64,000 bases of DNA from Octopus vulgaris (GCA_951406725.2 OX597831.1:47678001-47742000); one strand, 5' to 3'; shown: positions 1 through 13,629, counted from the first letter of the stretch. The notes: generated by a model not told the origin, from the letters alone. Numbers and translations are program-made.

Positions 1-122
1 TTTAATAAAACGTTTTCTTCGAATCAGAATAGTTAACATAAACCTACGATGAACAGCAGAATCCAGTGAACAAACAAAACATACAATGAGTATGTGCCAT
101 CAATAACACACACACACACACG

Positions 123-171
<49 letters not shown>

Positions 172-975
172 CAAATTTAAGATTCAATTGAATTAGGTAC
201 TTAAACTGAGGCACCTCGTTAGATCGGAATAACACCTGTACTTCTACTGTTACTCATTCATATGTGTATGTGTGTGTGTGCGCGTTTGCGTGTGTATATG
301 TGTTTGTATATATATGTATGCATATATATATGTGTATACGTACATATATATATATGTACATACACATACATGTATGTATGTATATATATATATATATGTA
401 CATACACATACATGTATGTATATATATATATACGTACATACATATTAATATCTCCGTGGATAGGTGATTAATATGTCACTGTAGATATTCAATTCTGCTA
501 ATTTAGGCAGTTAATAATGGCAATGTCACTAAAGTGTATTGGTTAGTACAGTGACATGCTTTACAGCAGATGCAGCATTCATATCGCGCAGACGATATTG
601 CAGATTTTTTTTTCTATATGTAATATCTAACAAGCCAAATTTTTAAATAGTTCTAGTTGATTAATTTTTACGAGGAATTTGCGTGTCTTTATGAAAGAGA
701 GATTCCGCAACAAAGACAGTTGCAGAAGAAAGCGTTCCTGTGCAAACTTTTACCTTCATCTATTTTCTCTAGTTATCATTCCCCCCATAGTGCTTACAAA
801 AGTTAGCAGATATATTGTTCGTAGAGTAGCTTCAATTATATAGATCCATAATTAGTCATGAAAAGTTTTCGACTATCTATTATTCTGCGATATATCATAA
901 TTTCAGACGTCATTAACTATGTCTGTGTGATGTCTCGATACAAAACTTAGGCGCGTTAGCAATGTAAACGTCAAT

Positions 976-1016
<41 letters not shown>

Positions 1017-1032
1017 CATATCGCACCAATAT

Positions 1033-1408
1033 ACAGGGTGATTCAAAAGTCGCCATTACATAGGAATAATGTATCTTTTTATATGAAACAGTGTATAAGA
1101 ACAGTTTTTATTTTATCTAACAGGCTCTGTATGGTTACCATTGTTTTGAATACACATTGCAATACGTTTACCCTCACTCATTGTGAACTCGTAATAGCAC
1201 ATCTGGTGATACGTGTGCAAATGAGTTGCTGATGCGTTCATTCAAATGATTTATGTCTTTTGTCTTTCCGCGATACACCATGCCTTTCAAATGCCCCTAA
1301 AGATAGAAATCAAGAGGGGTCACATCCAGGAATCTAGGGGATCTTATAAAGTGTTTCTTATTAAAAAATAAATTTTTCCTATGTGTGGAGACTTTTGAAT
1401 CACCCTTT
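1033..1408 (-). mobile_element. Internally deleted Tc1/mariner-superfamily element (maT/rosa-like)
   Basis: TIRs CAGGGTGATTCAAAAGTC ... GACTTTTGAATCACCCT with TA flanks. Minus-strand remnant SPRFLDVTPLDFYL resembles the PRSPDLTPLDFxLWG transposase motif. Confidence 0.8.
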
Positions 1409-1433
1409 ATATATATACTTACATGTTTATGAA

Positions 1434-1512
<79 letters not shown>

Positions 1513-1574
1513 GTATGTATTTATAGAAACATGTAATATATATATGTATACTTATATATTTGTATAAATATATA

Positions 1575-1653
<79 letters not shown>

Positions 1654-1669
1654 TGTATGTATGTATGTA

Positions 1670-1725
<56 letters not shown>

Positions 1726-1752
1726 TGTGTGTGTGTACATATGAAAATTCAT

Positions 1753-2020
1753 ACAGGGTGTTCCAGTTTAATTTGACAATTTGCATAAAAGAAAAGAAAA
1801 CATAATATTCTATCCCAAAATGTATTTTTTAAAAAAATTCCAAAATATCAAGTAGATTATGGCTGGTTATAATTTACTCAAAGTAGTCACGCTCAGCTTT
1901 CACCATGGCACTAAAAACGGCCCTGGAACTTAACGTCTAAGTCCCTCTTCTGCGTCATTGGGAAGATCTTGGAACACCTCTTTGATCTTGGGTACAAGCT
2001 CAGCCTTAGGATTGAAGGCA
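1753..2020 (-). mobile_element. 3' end of a maT-like transposon
   Basis: TA-CAGGGTG terminus. Minus strand reads AELVPKIKEVFQDLP...KFQGR/SAMVKAERDYFE*, similar to the RFRxRLEAVVxAxGxYFE C-terminus. Confidence 0.65.
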
Positions 2021-2047
2021 GAACGTTCAGTTCTATATTCAAGAGAT

Positions 2048-2135
2048 GAAGAATTATTTACATTATTTACATTTGACGGATATTTGTCCTCATCTTGTTT
2101 GTTGTTAACACAACGTTTCAGCTGATATACCCTCC
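2048..2135 (-). mobile_element. Truncated tail of the hammerhead-SINE family (compare 40821-41481)
   Basis: Near-identical to 40821-40900. Keeps the GAAACGTTGTGTT half of the hammerhead but lacks CTGATGA. Confidence 0.8.
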
Positions 2136-2559
2136 ATATATATACCTTCAAAACCTGTGTGTATATGTGGTTATCACCATCCTTCAATACAGAGATAAGC
2201 ATTGGTTTAAAAGCGGTGTTCTTGTCAATCTTACCATCAGAAATGCAGTAACACTGTGATTGGTCCGATGGAAACCTATAAGCAATAATGTTATCCACCA
2301 AGCTGTTGATATATGAATAATAGAGATAAATCACTGCGTCAGATCCCTATATGGTCGTTAGACGTGCCAGAAATAGCTGTTAGATGCTACCAGATCTAAA
2401 AAGATTGGTACAGAAGAATATGTTGAATTTGTCATTATTTTATGGTTAGAATGCCTTTGATCGTGGGTCTGTTAAATCTGGGATATGCTGGTGTTAAACA
2501 ACAACGACTCAACACAGATGGGTTTTTTTTTACCATCGATTTTAAAGCTGAATAAATTT

Positions 2560-4000
2560 TATTTATCGAAATTATAACTATGGATCTTTGACAACAAGAA
2601 ACAAGTCTATTTTGGTAGCATAGAATTCTGGACTCCTGGAACTGATGAATTATTCAAAAAGCATTTTGTGTTGCTGCTTGGTTGATGAAAATCTTTTAGA
2701 GGAAATTACGGGAATATTTGTTGATCGGTGATGAATCTGTTGGAATAAACTGAATAAAGTACAGTCTAATAATCAAGTCTTTCAAGTTCTGTAATCATTT
2801 ACCGGCATATAAGTAGACGTGGTAAAACATCTTCATTATCGTTCCAAATCCTGTTGCATTTCAATTGGAGGTTTTGGTCCTTCAAAGTCATCTTGGTGTA
2901 CTAATCGACCTATCTTTTCTCGCTGTAAATTGAGGTCTGAAAAATTTGAAGTGAATACCAAAAAATATGGTATAAAATATGGTGTTGTCATAGAGGAAAA
3001 TTGTTCCTTTTCGATTAGACGTATAAGTTGCAAGTCTTGGTGCATTTTATCGACTTTCTGTCAATGCTTTTCTGTTGTGATAATTTTCGATTGCCATCCA
3101 CCAAACAATGACCATAACTTTCTATTGATACAATTTCGGTTTAGAAAAGTGTTTTGGTGCTTCATTTCGCTGCAGTACTGCGCGCAGAACTCCCTTGGTT
3201 GTCTCCTAGAATCCAGTTGTCGTCATTTATTACAATACGATCAGAAAAATAGGACGTTTTGTCTTTTATTGAGCAAAAGAAGAGACCGGCGAACGGAAGA
3301 AAGAAGAAGAAAGAAGACATGCACCCAACACCAGAGCTGAAGACACCTCCGAAAGTGTGTGTGTGTGTGGGGGGGGGGGGCGCCACGTCAAAACGGTAGA
3401 GGAGGAGGGGCCGAAACCGGACGTGGTTCCTCCTGATGATGTCTTGAGCTAACTGGATCCTATAAAGGAGCTGTTGTGGTAGCAGACCACGAAACACGGT
3501 TGAAATTCCTCCAATACGATCAGCGAAATAGGATGTTTTGTTTTTTATTGAGCAAAAGAAGTGCAGAACAAAATTCCTAATGGCGATTCATTTCAATTGG
3601 AGGTTTTGGTCCTTTTATTTCTTTCAGCTCATGCTGTACCTATTTGTCAAACAATTTTAATTTGCAGTGTGGTGCAAATGGCAGAAAAAGTTTGAATGAC
3701 CAAAGTTAAGTTATATTCCGTGGGTTTGCTTCAATAATGTAAATCATTGTAAATCAGGCATTATAAATCACAGATGGTCATTTGTGTCCTTTCTCATCTT
3801 CAAGGATTCGAAAAATGTTGAACCCAAGTTGAGCCGCACATTCGTTTGGTTATCAATGTGAACGGTTTCTCTTGTCTTGCTCTACATTTTGAACTCATAC
3901 AATACAAGATTTTTTCCGAACTTTATTTTGACAGCCTACAATACACAAGAATAAATGGTAAAAGCAAAACCATTAGCATAAATCAATATACCGAAATCTC
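2560..4000 (-). pseudogene. Degenerate mariner (Hsmar1/cecropia-like) transposase, interrupted at about 3284-3511
   Basis: Minus-strand peptides FSDRIVINDDNWILGDN (cf. FLDRIVTCDEKWILYDN), APKHFSKPKL..KVMVIVWW and EFISSRSPEFYAT. Many stops and frameshifts. Confidence 0.8.
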
Positions 4001-4035
4001 TGCATCAAAATGGTATTATCATCTATGAGCGCGAT

Positions 4036-4252
4036 ATCTTATATGGGTTAAATAAAAGACATGAACATGCACCTTACATCAGTTAAACAAAAGACAGGAG
4101 CATGGTATCTTCGTTAAATAAACACTATGAACATGCTATATCAGTAAAAGTAAAGAAAAGGCAAGAGAATGGTTATCTTATATCAGTTAACTAAAAGGTA
4201 GGAACGTGGCATCTTATACAGGTTAAATGTTATCTTACATCAGTTAAATAAA
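4036..4252. repeat. Degenerate ~35-bp minisatellite, about 6 units
   Basis: Recurring ATCTTAYATCAGTTAAAYAAAAGACAGGARCATGG-like unit. Confidence 0.7.
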
Positions 4253-4683
4253 ACTTTATTCTGAAATAGGCTTCAAAGCTTAGGTTTAATTAAAAAAATC
4301 AAAAGCCACGTTAATTTTTGCCTGTGCCTGCACACACTTGCAAAATGCATGCGTACCCGCGCACATACACGCACACACACATAATTGTATGTGTACAGAT
4401 ATGTATGTGTATGTACTTAGATATATATGTGCGTGTATGAATGTATGTGTGAGTGAGTGTATGCGTGTGTGTGAGTGTATTTGTGTGTGCGAGTGTATTT
4501 GTGTGTGTGTATACGCAAAGGTATATGTGTGTCCGTGTATGTGTATACGCGAAGATATACGAATGTGTGTGTAATTGTGTGTGTGCGTATGTGTGTGTGT
4601 GTGTGTGCGCATGTATGTGTACAAGCTAATATATAAACATATGTACGTGTATACACTAAGACATGTATGAGTTTGTGTATATG

Positions 4684-4753
<70 letters not shown>

Positions 4754-4782
4754 TATATATATATGCACACAAATACATACGT

Positions 4783-4825
<43 letters not shown>

Positions 4826-4959
4826 CATACAGAGATAGATAGATAGATAGATAGAGAGATAGATATATATATAGAGAGAGTTTGGTTCTATACTCCTAAT
4901 ACAATTCTAGAAAACATTTTGTCATTTGTCCATTTAAAAGAAATTACTTTATATGATTA

Positions 4960-5298
4960 CTGCGTGGCATCTTGGGCAAGTGTCTTCTGCTATAGCCCCG
5001 GGCCGACCAATGCCTTGTGAGTGGATTTGGTAGACGGAAACTGAAAGAAGCCTGTCGTATATATGTATACATATATAAGTGTGTGTGTATATGTTTGTGT
5101 GTCTGTGTTTGTCCCCCTAGCATTGCTTGACAACCGATGCTGGTGTGTTTACGTCTCCGTCACTCAGCGGTTCGGCAAAAGAGACCGATAGGATAAGTAC
5201 TGGGCTTACAAAGAATAAGTCCCGGGGTCGATTTGCTTGACTAAAGGCGGTGCTCCAGCATGGCCGCAGTCAAATGACTGAAACAAGTAAAAGAGTAA
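4960..5298 (+). mobile_element. SINE family A, 5'-truncated
   Basis: Matches the full copy at 18991 from CTTGGGCAAGTGTCTT to the GAAACAAGTAAAAGAG tail. Confidence 0.9.
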
Positions 5299-5822
5299 TA
5301 TTCATTAAGTTCAAATCCCACCTGTAGTGAACTTCATACTTAATCTTTCCACGCTTTTGTATATAGGAAATGCCTACGGAATCCTTTAATTCTCACTCCA
5401 AAAGTTTGAGGTCGTCTGCCTATGTAAGAAACTAGTCAGTTGGCAAATTGATAGGAAGAAACTGCAGAATGAGTTTCAAAACGCTTTGCTCTGTTCTGTT
5501 GTGTCGTTTCTGTTCAAATTCCGCAGTGGTCAACGTCAATCTCCGTTTTTATAGGGGGCGATAAAATAATGAAATAATCCACCAGTTAAGTTAGTAGGAT
5601 CGATAATATCGTCACCCAAGATCTGTGGCTTTGGGATTATGATAGAAATATATATGAATTAATAATACATGGAGTAAATCGCCATCTATAACACGTAGTT
5701 AATCTCCACCCCGAAAGGAAGATTAAAATTAAGATTAAAGTATATTATAGTACATGATATTTAGTTGCAAATTTTACTTCCAACCATTTTTTCTTAAGTG
5801 GGATAAAAAAACACTATTTTAG

Positions 5823-5889
<67 letters not shown>

Positions 5890-6603
5890 TATGTTTAACT
5901 TTTGCTTTATATTTGTACAAGTTGGCTCCAAGTCTCACCCAGAGACTTCAAGAGACAACAGGTTGGAAGTTCATGTTGTTGTTATGCCTAGTGTGCCATA
6001 TATTTGGTTTTGTATTTAGTGTTGTACTAGCGAATGTCTAAAAAAAAAAAACATAAGAAAATTATGTTTGTTTTAAAACTTGAGATTACATAGAAAGTAT
6101 TTTACGTAGGATATGAGCAGTTCCCATGAGCACTATCTTTTGAATTTCTGCCATTTTTCGGTTTCCTGGTATCTGAGTTAGGTAGCAATCAGCCCCTTTT
6201 GCTATCATTCCCAGGGCACCTATGACAACAGGTATTGTTTTAGTCTTCAGGTTCCACATTTTGCTGATTTCTATTTCAAGATCTTTATATTTGCTCAGTT
6301 TTTGGTAGGCCTTGACAGATACGTTTATATCGATTGGGACAGTCATATCAATGAGGAGGCATGTTCTTTGTCTGAAGTCTTTCAATATGATGTCTGGCCT
6401 ATTTGCATCTATCTTTCTGTCAATTTGAATGGTGAAATTCCAGAGGAGTGAGATGTGGTCATTTTCAAGCACTGGAGGTGGTTTGTGTTCCCACCAGTTT
6501 TTTTCATGGGGCAAATCTAAGATTTTGCAAATTACCCAGTGAATATATTGTGCAGCTCTATCATGCCTGCTGAGATACTCTTTAGGCGCTAGAAGACTGC
6601 ACT
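5890..6603 (-). mobile_element. 5'-truncated R4/Dong-clade non-LTR retrotransposon (restriction-like endonuclease domain plus 3'UTR)
   Basis: ORF 6086-6514 LLWNFTIQ..NRPDIIL..LLIDMTVP..KLSKYKDL..IPVVIGALG, with upstream RHDRAAQYIHW. Flanked by (ATT)n. Confidence 0.9.
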
Positions 6604-6628
6604 TATTGTTATTATTATTATTATTGTT

Positions 6629-6669
<41 letters not shown>

Positions 6670-6670
6670 T

Positions 6671-7040
6671 GATTTGACTGAGGTTCGTTCTTGTTCGTTA
6701 GAATTTATGTGGGTAGTGGGTTATTACCTGTAAACTTAGGCATCCACAAGCTTTCAGTAAGTACTCTTTCAAGTGCTTAAAACCGGCCTGATAATCTTTC
6801 CTGTCCCTAAGTGGCAAACTTTCTGTAGAAGCTCTACAGGACATTCTATTCCAATTTCCTTCAACCATTTCTCTATATCTTTACTTACAGTGTCCAATGC
6901 ACCAATTATTACAGGCACATTTTCATACTCCGAATGCTTATAATTTCAAATTTTAAGGGATTATACTTTTTTCATTCTCTTTCTTTACAATCCTGGAATC
7001 TTGAAATGAAATTGGTATGGTGGATCAATTAGTAAGCTGC
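6671..7040 (-). mobile_element. R4/Dong LINE 3' fragment, second subfamily (another copy at 8060-8320)
   Basis: VPVIIGALDTVSK..KWLKEIGIECPVELLQKVCHLGT on the minus strand, between (ATC/ATT)n tracts. Confidence 0.8.
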
Positions 7041-7062
7041 ATTATTGTTGTTGTTGTTGTTG

Positions 7063-7150
<88 letters not shown>

Positions 7151-7151
<1 letters not shown>

Positions 7152-7735
7152 TTCCCTCTTTCTTCAAATTTACTTCCATTTCTCGTCGGGTGTTTTCCGT
7201 ACACCTAGGGCAGAGAAGCTCATTGTATGCATTCCCAGATTACACACGCAAATTCACAGATAAAAAATGTATTTAAAAAAAAATAATAAATAAATAAATT
7301 CATGAATGGATGTTGTTTTCACAGCGATAATGCTCTTCTCGGTACATGAGTCGTTCCAGTTAACACCATTTTTTGCACTTCCTGTAGGGATAGTAAGCCT
7401 GGTATCATTTTCAAATATGTTTCAGTACCTTTTTTTATCACTCCTAGAGATCCTACAATCACTAGTACTATAGTCGCCTTGAGATGCCACATTTTTTCAA
7501 TTTCTATTAGCAAGTCTTTATATTTACTGATCTTGTCAAATTCTTTCACCGCTATATTGTGATCGCAAGGAATACTCATGTCAATTAATAAACACACCTT
7601 TTTTGTCTGATCTTTTATAATAATATCCGGTTTTTGTCTGATCTTTTATAATAATATCCGGTTTTTGTCTGATCTTTTATAATAATATCCGGTTTTTATA
7701 ATAATATCCGGTTTTTATAATAATATCCGGTTTAT
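7151..7735 (-). mobile_element. R4/Dong LINE 3' fragment, third subfamily
   Basis: ORF 7319-7597 LLIDMSIP..KEFDKISKYKDL..VIVGSLG. Tandemly duplicated KPDIII segment at its 5' end. Confidence 0.85.
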
Positions 7736-7745
7736 AGTTTTGTCG

Positions 7746-7810
<65 letters not shown>

Positions 7811-7812
<2 letters not shown>

Positions 7813-9195
7813 GGCGACGAGCTAGCAGAAGCGTTAGTGCGCTGGACGAAATACTTAGCGGTATTTCGCCCGTTGCTCCGTTCTGGGTTCGAATTCCGCC
7901 GAGATCGACTGTACCTTTCATCCTTTCGGGGCTGATAAAATACCAGTTGAACACTGGGGTCGATGTAATCGACTCATCTCCTCTCCCGAAAAGGCTGCCC
8001 TTGTGGCAGAATTTGAAGCCATTATTATTATTATCATCATCATTATTATTATTATTATCTGTTTGACTCGGGTTTGGTCTTATTCCTGGTAGGATTTATG
8101 CGGCTAGCGGGTTACTTCCTTAGGTATCTACGAGTTTTCAGTAGTCCTTCAAGTGTTTAGAACCCTCCTGATAATTCTTGCTGTCCCTAAGAGACAAACT
8201 TTTTGTAAGAGTTCTACAGGGCACTCTATTCTAATCTCCTTCAGCCATTTGTCATTAGAATCCCAAACTTTTGGAAATACGTTTTCCCTCTAAGAATTGG
8301 TAGCTGTAAGAACATTGCATCCTTCAAAAATTCCATGCTTCTCACAATACGCCTGCACCAGAATAAAGTGGCCGTACACCCTTACTTCTTTATGTCTGTT
8401 TTACTGCTTTTCTGTTTCTATTCCTGTTTTATTCTGTGTACTATGCATGTACTTTTAGCCTCTATTACTTACTGCCTCACTTTACTTGGCTTACTGTTAA
8501 ATTCTGAACCTTCTTTTACTCTTTTCCGACATGTTGCTTTTTACCTGAGCACTCTATACGATAACCACAAGAACTGTTAGAGCGTCGAACAATATGCTTA
8601 GCGGCGTTTCTTCTGGCTTTTTACTTTCTGAATTCAAATCCTGCCGAGGTCAGTTTTACCTTTCATCCTTTCAGGGTCGATAAATAAAGTATTAGTCGAA
8701 TTATTGGCTCAGTTTAATTGATCAACTCCCTCCAACTGAAATTGATGGCATCGTGGTATAATTTGAAACCATTATTATTTGGGTGGCAAGCTGGCAGAAT
8801 CGTTAGCATACCGTGCAAAATGCTAAGCGACATTTCTTCCTGATTTTTATGTTCTGAGTTCAAATGCTGCCCAGGTCGACTTTACCGTTCATCCCTTTGT
8901 GGGTGATAAAATAAGTACCAGTCACGTACTGAGGTCAATGTAATCGACTATCCTTTTCCCACCAAATTTCAGGCCATATGCCTATAACAGAAAGAATTAC
9001 TCTTTTACTCTTTTACTTGTTTCAGTCATTTGACTGCAGCCATGCTGGAGCACCACCTTTAGTCGAGCAAATCGACCCCATGACTTATTCTTTGTAAGCC
9101 TAGTACTTATTCTATCGGTCTCTTTTGCCGAACCGCTAAGCTACGGGGACGTAAGCTCATCAGCATCGGTTGTCAAGTGATGTTGAGGGGGGGGA

Positions 9196-9237
<42 letters not shown>

Positions 9238-9872
9238 TATACATATATACATATATCCGATGGGCTTCTTTCAATTTCCGTCTACCAAATCCACTGACAA
9301 GGCTTTGGTCGCCCCGAGGCAATAGTAGAAGTGGGACTGAACCCGGCGCCATGTGCTTGGTAAGTAAGTTACCACACAGCCACTCTTTTTTTTGGCGAGC
9401 TGGCAAAATCGTAAGCGTCGGACAAAATGCTACTAAGTTACAAGGACACAAACAAACCAACATTTTTTCCTGCTTTTTATGTTTTGAGTTCAAATGCCGC
9501 CAAGGTAGACTTTGTTTTTCATCCTTTCGGGATCAATAAAATGAACACTGGGGTTAATGTAATAGACTATTCCCTACACTAAAACTGCTGGTCTTGTGCC
9601 GAAATTTGAAACCACATACCACCGCCCACCTAGGTCTTGTGTCTATAGTGAAAAGAATTATTATGGCGACGAGTTGGCAGTGTCGTTAGGACGCCGAAAA
9701 CAGGCTTAGAGTTTTTTTTCCGGCTTATCGTTCCGAATTGAAATGTCACCGAGGTCGTCTTTGTCGTTCATTATTTCCGGTTCGATAAAATACCACTTGA
9801 GCACTGAGGTCAATCTGATCGACTAAGCCCCAACCCGCAAATTTCAGACTTTGCGTCTGTAGCAGAAAGGAT
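7811..9872 (+). mobile_element. Cluster of SINE family B copies (7811-8020, 8570-8775, 8780-8998, 9390-9615, 9662-9872) with a family A copy on the minus strand (9001-9385)
   Basis: Family B has head AGGCGGYGAGCTGGCAGA, B-box GAGTTCAAATTCC, central GCCTTTCATCCTTTCGGGGTCGATAAAATAAGTACCAG and an (ATT)n tail. The central block resembles a conserved metazoan SINE domain; I cannot assign the superfamily name from memory. Confidence 0.88.
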
Positions 9873-10046
9873 TATTATTATTATTATTAGCTGTACCCAT
9901 GGAAAATCCGAGGTTATTTTGAAAATTGTATGAGGAAATTGTATATTTTTTCTGAAGCATTTGATTCTTGAGAAGAGGTGAAAATCCGTATAGTCAGTAT
10001 TGAAGGATGGATGAATGAATGAATGAATGAATGAATCAATCCATCA

Positions 10047-10105
<59 letters not shown>

Positions 10106-10205
10106 CATCCATCCATCCATCCATCCATCCATCCATCCATCTATCTACCCATCTATCTACCCATCCATCCATCCATCCATCCATCCATCCATCATCCATC
10201 CATCC

Positions 10206-10240
<35 letters not shown>

Positions 10241-10257
10241 CATCCATCCATCCATCC

Positions 10258-10310
<53 letters not shown>

Positions 10311-10311
10311 C

Positions 10312-10372
<61 letters not shown>

Positions 10373-10486
10373 AACCACTCTCTCTAATGATAAAGATCCC
10401 CTCTCTCTTTCGTGTTTTCTCTTTCTATTTCTTCATTGACTCCACTATTTCCGTTTCTTTGTTTCCCTTTCTCCCCTACCTCTCTT

Positions 10487-10565
<79 letters not shown>

Positions 10566-10905
10566 CAATATATATATTTGTTCATTCGAGTTATAATTTT
10601 CCTTAATGACGTAAACGTAACACACGGAAAATACAGACAAGAACAAGCAGAATAATATAATTATTTTATATAGAATGAAATATCCAATCTAATATATTAG
10701 ATTATAACAGATTATTTAGCCACGTATTATTTGTATAACACTATTATATCCAAGATTATTAAATTTTTAGGGCAATTAGATCCCCACCGCCAACCAAAAC
10801 ACGCACTATGCATTGACTTTTATAGGGTAAAAGTTTTCAGAAAATTATACTTGTTTCGAGAGGTGTTATGTAATGTGAGAAAGCAAGAATTTCATGAAGA
10901 ATTGT

Positions 10906-10939
<34 letters not shown>

Positions 10940-11709
10940 CCCTCAGGTTGTGCCTGAAAACATGACATGGTCACGGCTGGAATATCGCTTACCAAAAATA
11001 TTTCTGCTGTGACAAAGTGCATCTAAAGCTGTATTAAGCAGAGTGAGTGATCCCAGATTTGAGGACATAAATTTCATTTCTGTCATAAATGCCTGTCAGT
11101 GAAGGTGATATCTTTAAAATCAAGGATCATATCCAACGTGTCCGTTCTTTATATTTGTTAAGATTGTAGTGGTAGGGGAAGTATAGAAGAAGGATCTGGC
11201 TGCTATTTCTAGCTGGTGGATCGACGAAGGTAGATCAGTGATCTTCGAAATTTCTGAGACATCGTTATCCCATCTCGTTATGCTTAAACTACATGGAACT
11301 CTTATTGACAGTTTTTGCTGCATGAGATACTTAAATTTCAATCGAATATTTCATAATACATCAATTTTCTGCTCCCGACACCGTTAGGGGATTATGAGCC
11401 CGGGGTGCTGTAATGAAGCCTGATTCTACATCATCGAAATATCTTTTATCTTTTACTTGTTTCAATCAGTCATTGGACTGCGGCCATGTCGGAGCACTTT
11501 GAAGGGTATTTGTCGAACAAATCGATCCCAGTACTTATATTTTAACTCGGGTACTTATTTTATTAGTCTCTTTTGCTGAACTACAAAGTTACAAGGACAC
11601 AAACAAACCAACGTTGGCTGTCGAACAGTATGTGGGTGTGTATGGGGTGGTGGTGGTGGCAATACCAAACATAAACATACACACAATCACACACATACGT
11701 ACGTATAAT

Positions 11710-12050
11710 TGCTTCAGTTGAAGTAATAAATCTTTATTCTACTGTCCCACACGAGTACAGACTGGAGGCAACAGCTTTTTGGTTAAGAAAATTCCCTGAT
11801 AAAAATTTTGAAAATTCGAAACCGGATTGATAAACAGTTCATCACAGAGAGCTTGAAATTCATCCTTCAAAATAACTTCATTTTCGAGAAAAACAGCTCC
11901 TGACAAATATCTGGAACTACGGTGGATAAAAGAGTTTCCTCAACATGCGCTAACTTAGACATGTCATATCTAGAAGTTCAAATGTATTGAGAAGCCAAGA
12001 CAAAATACGATATCCACTTTCAAAATTACATTAGGTATTTTAGAGGAACC
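11710..12050 (+). pseudogene. Penelope-like element reverse transcriptase remnant
   Basis: NLYSTVPHE..FWLRKFP..FITESLKFILQNNF..QISGTT..CANLDMSYLE, similar to PLE RT motifs (LYSNIPH, ILxNNxF, QxxGTAMG, YANLxMGYLE). Confidence 0.7.
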
Positions 12051-12604
12051 CAACAAAGAGACACCCAGTATTGAAACGGAAAGGTATCTAGTTTTGTCTT
12101 GGCAAGTTTATATTGGATATCACTGCCCATAACGTTGTTAATTAATATTGTTTTTGATCCAGATGAGAACTATCTAACGAGGTATACTCACCCAACTTAT
12201 CATGCTGTTATGCCTTGATTCCTGAAAATAATGCGGAAACATCTCCAAGATTTGGTTGATGTGATTAAGCAATTCAGAACTTGTCATTTCCAGGCTAGGA
12301 AGAATGACACGAGTGATTGAAAGGACTGCCATCCAAACTTTATCTTTATATATGACTTCATTATAGGTAAGACCTACCTAAAGTATTCCATTTTCTTCTT
12401 AACCCTTATGTTATTACATTCCTGTTGAAACACACTACCTTTGTTTCAATTAGTTTAGAAAATAATGAAGAATTTGCTAAAATAACATTTTCATTGATAT
12501 GACCTTCTCGTGCGACTGCCACGAAAGCGTAATACATGAACGTTGCCCAAGCAATCTGTAGTTAACGGATAGCGTTCTGAGCCACATTTCTACTTTAAAA
12601 AACA

Positions 12605-12885
12605 AGGAGCACTCCGTCGGTTACGACGACGAGGGTCCCAGCTGATAAGATCAACGGAACAGCGAGCTCGTGAAATTAACGTACAAGCGACTGAGCAATC
12701 CACAGACACGCGTACCCCTAACGTAGTTCTCAGGGAGATTCAGCGGGACACAGATTGTGACAAAGCCGGCCCTTTGAAATACAGGTACAACTCATTTTTG
12801 CCAGCTGAGTGGATTGGAGCAACGTGAAATAAAGTGTCTTGCTCAAGGACACAACGTGTTGCCGGGAATCGAACACGTGACCTTA
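12605..12885 (-). mobile_element. tRNA-derived SINE with CORE-like body
   Basis: Minus strand reads GTTCGATTCC B-box then GTTGTGTCCTTGAGCAAGACACTT. Body shared with 42304-42545 but tail differs. Confidence 0.75.
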
Positions 12886-13068
12886 CATAACAACGGCCAG
12901 AATATACATAATTTGCGGTATAATACCTTAATCTATATACGTTTGCAAATCTTTCGTGAAACCGGTCAAGTTTATTTCTATATTTTAAAATATAATTAAA
13001 TTCTAATTAATTCAAAATTATTCTGAGTGCATATTCAACTTCGTGTCCTTTATCCCTTTATTTGTTTG

Positions 13069-13165
<97 letters not shown>

Positions 13166-13218
13166 TCGTTTTTGGATTTGGTTTGCAAGATTCCTTATGT
13201 GAGTTCGTGTGTTGAAGC

Positions 13219-13464
13219 ATATTCTGTTGTGTCTGGGGAGAGTCATTCTCTTTTAGTGGCTTATTATTTAACACACTCACCTGTAAAATTTCCACTTATT
13301 TCTTACTTTTATTTTCTAAAATGTTCGTTGCGTCTTGTGAAAAGGTTGCAAGACGCAACGAAAATTTTAGAAAATAAAAATAAGAAATAAGTGGAAATTT
13401 TACCGGTGAGTGTGTTAAATTATAAGGCACCAAAAGAGAATGACTCTCCCCAGACACAACAGTA

Positions 13465-13467
<3 letters not shown>
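13219..13467. repeat. Imperfect fold-back inverted repeat, ~119-bp arms, 11-nt loop
   Basis: 13219-13337 is the reverse complement of 13349-13467 with scattered mismatches. Confidence 0.92.
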
Positions 13468-13556
<89 letters not shown>

Positions 13557-13561
13557 CATCC

Positions 13562-13624
<63 letters not shown>

Positions 13625-13629
13625 CATCC

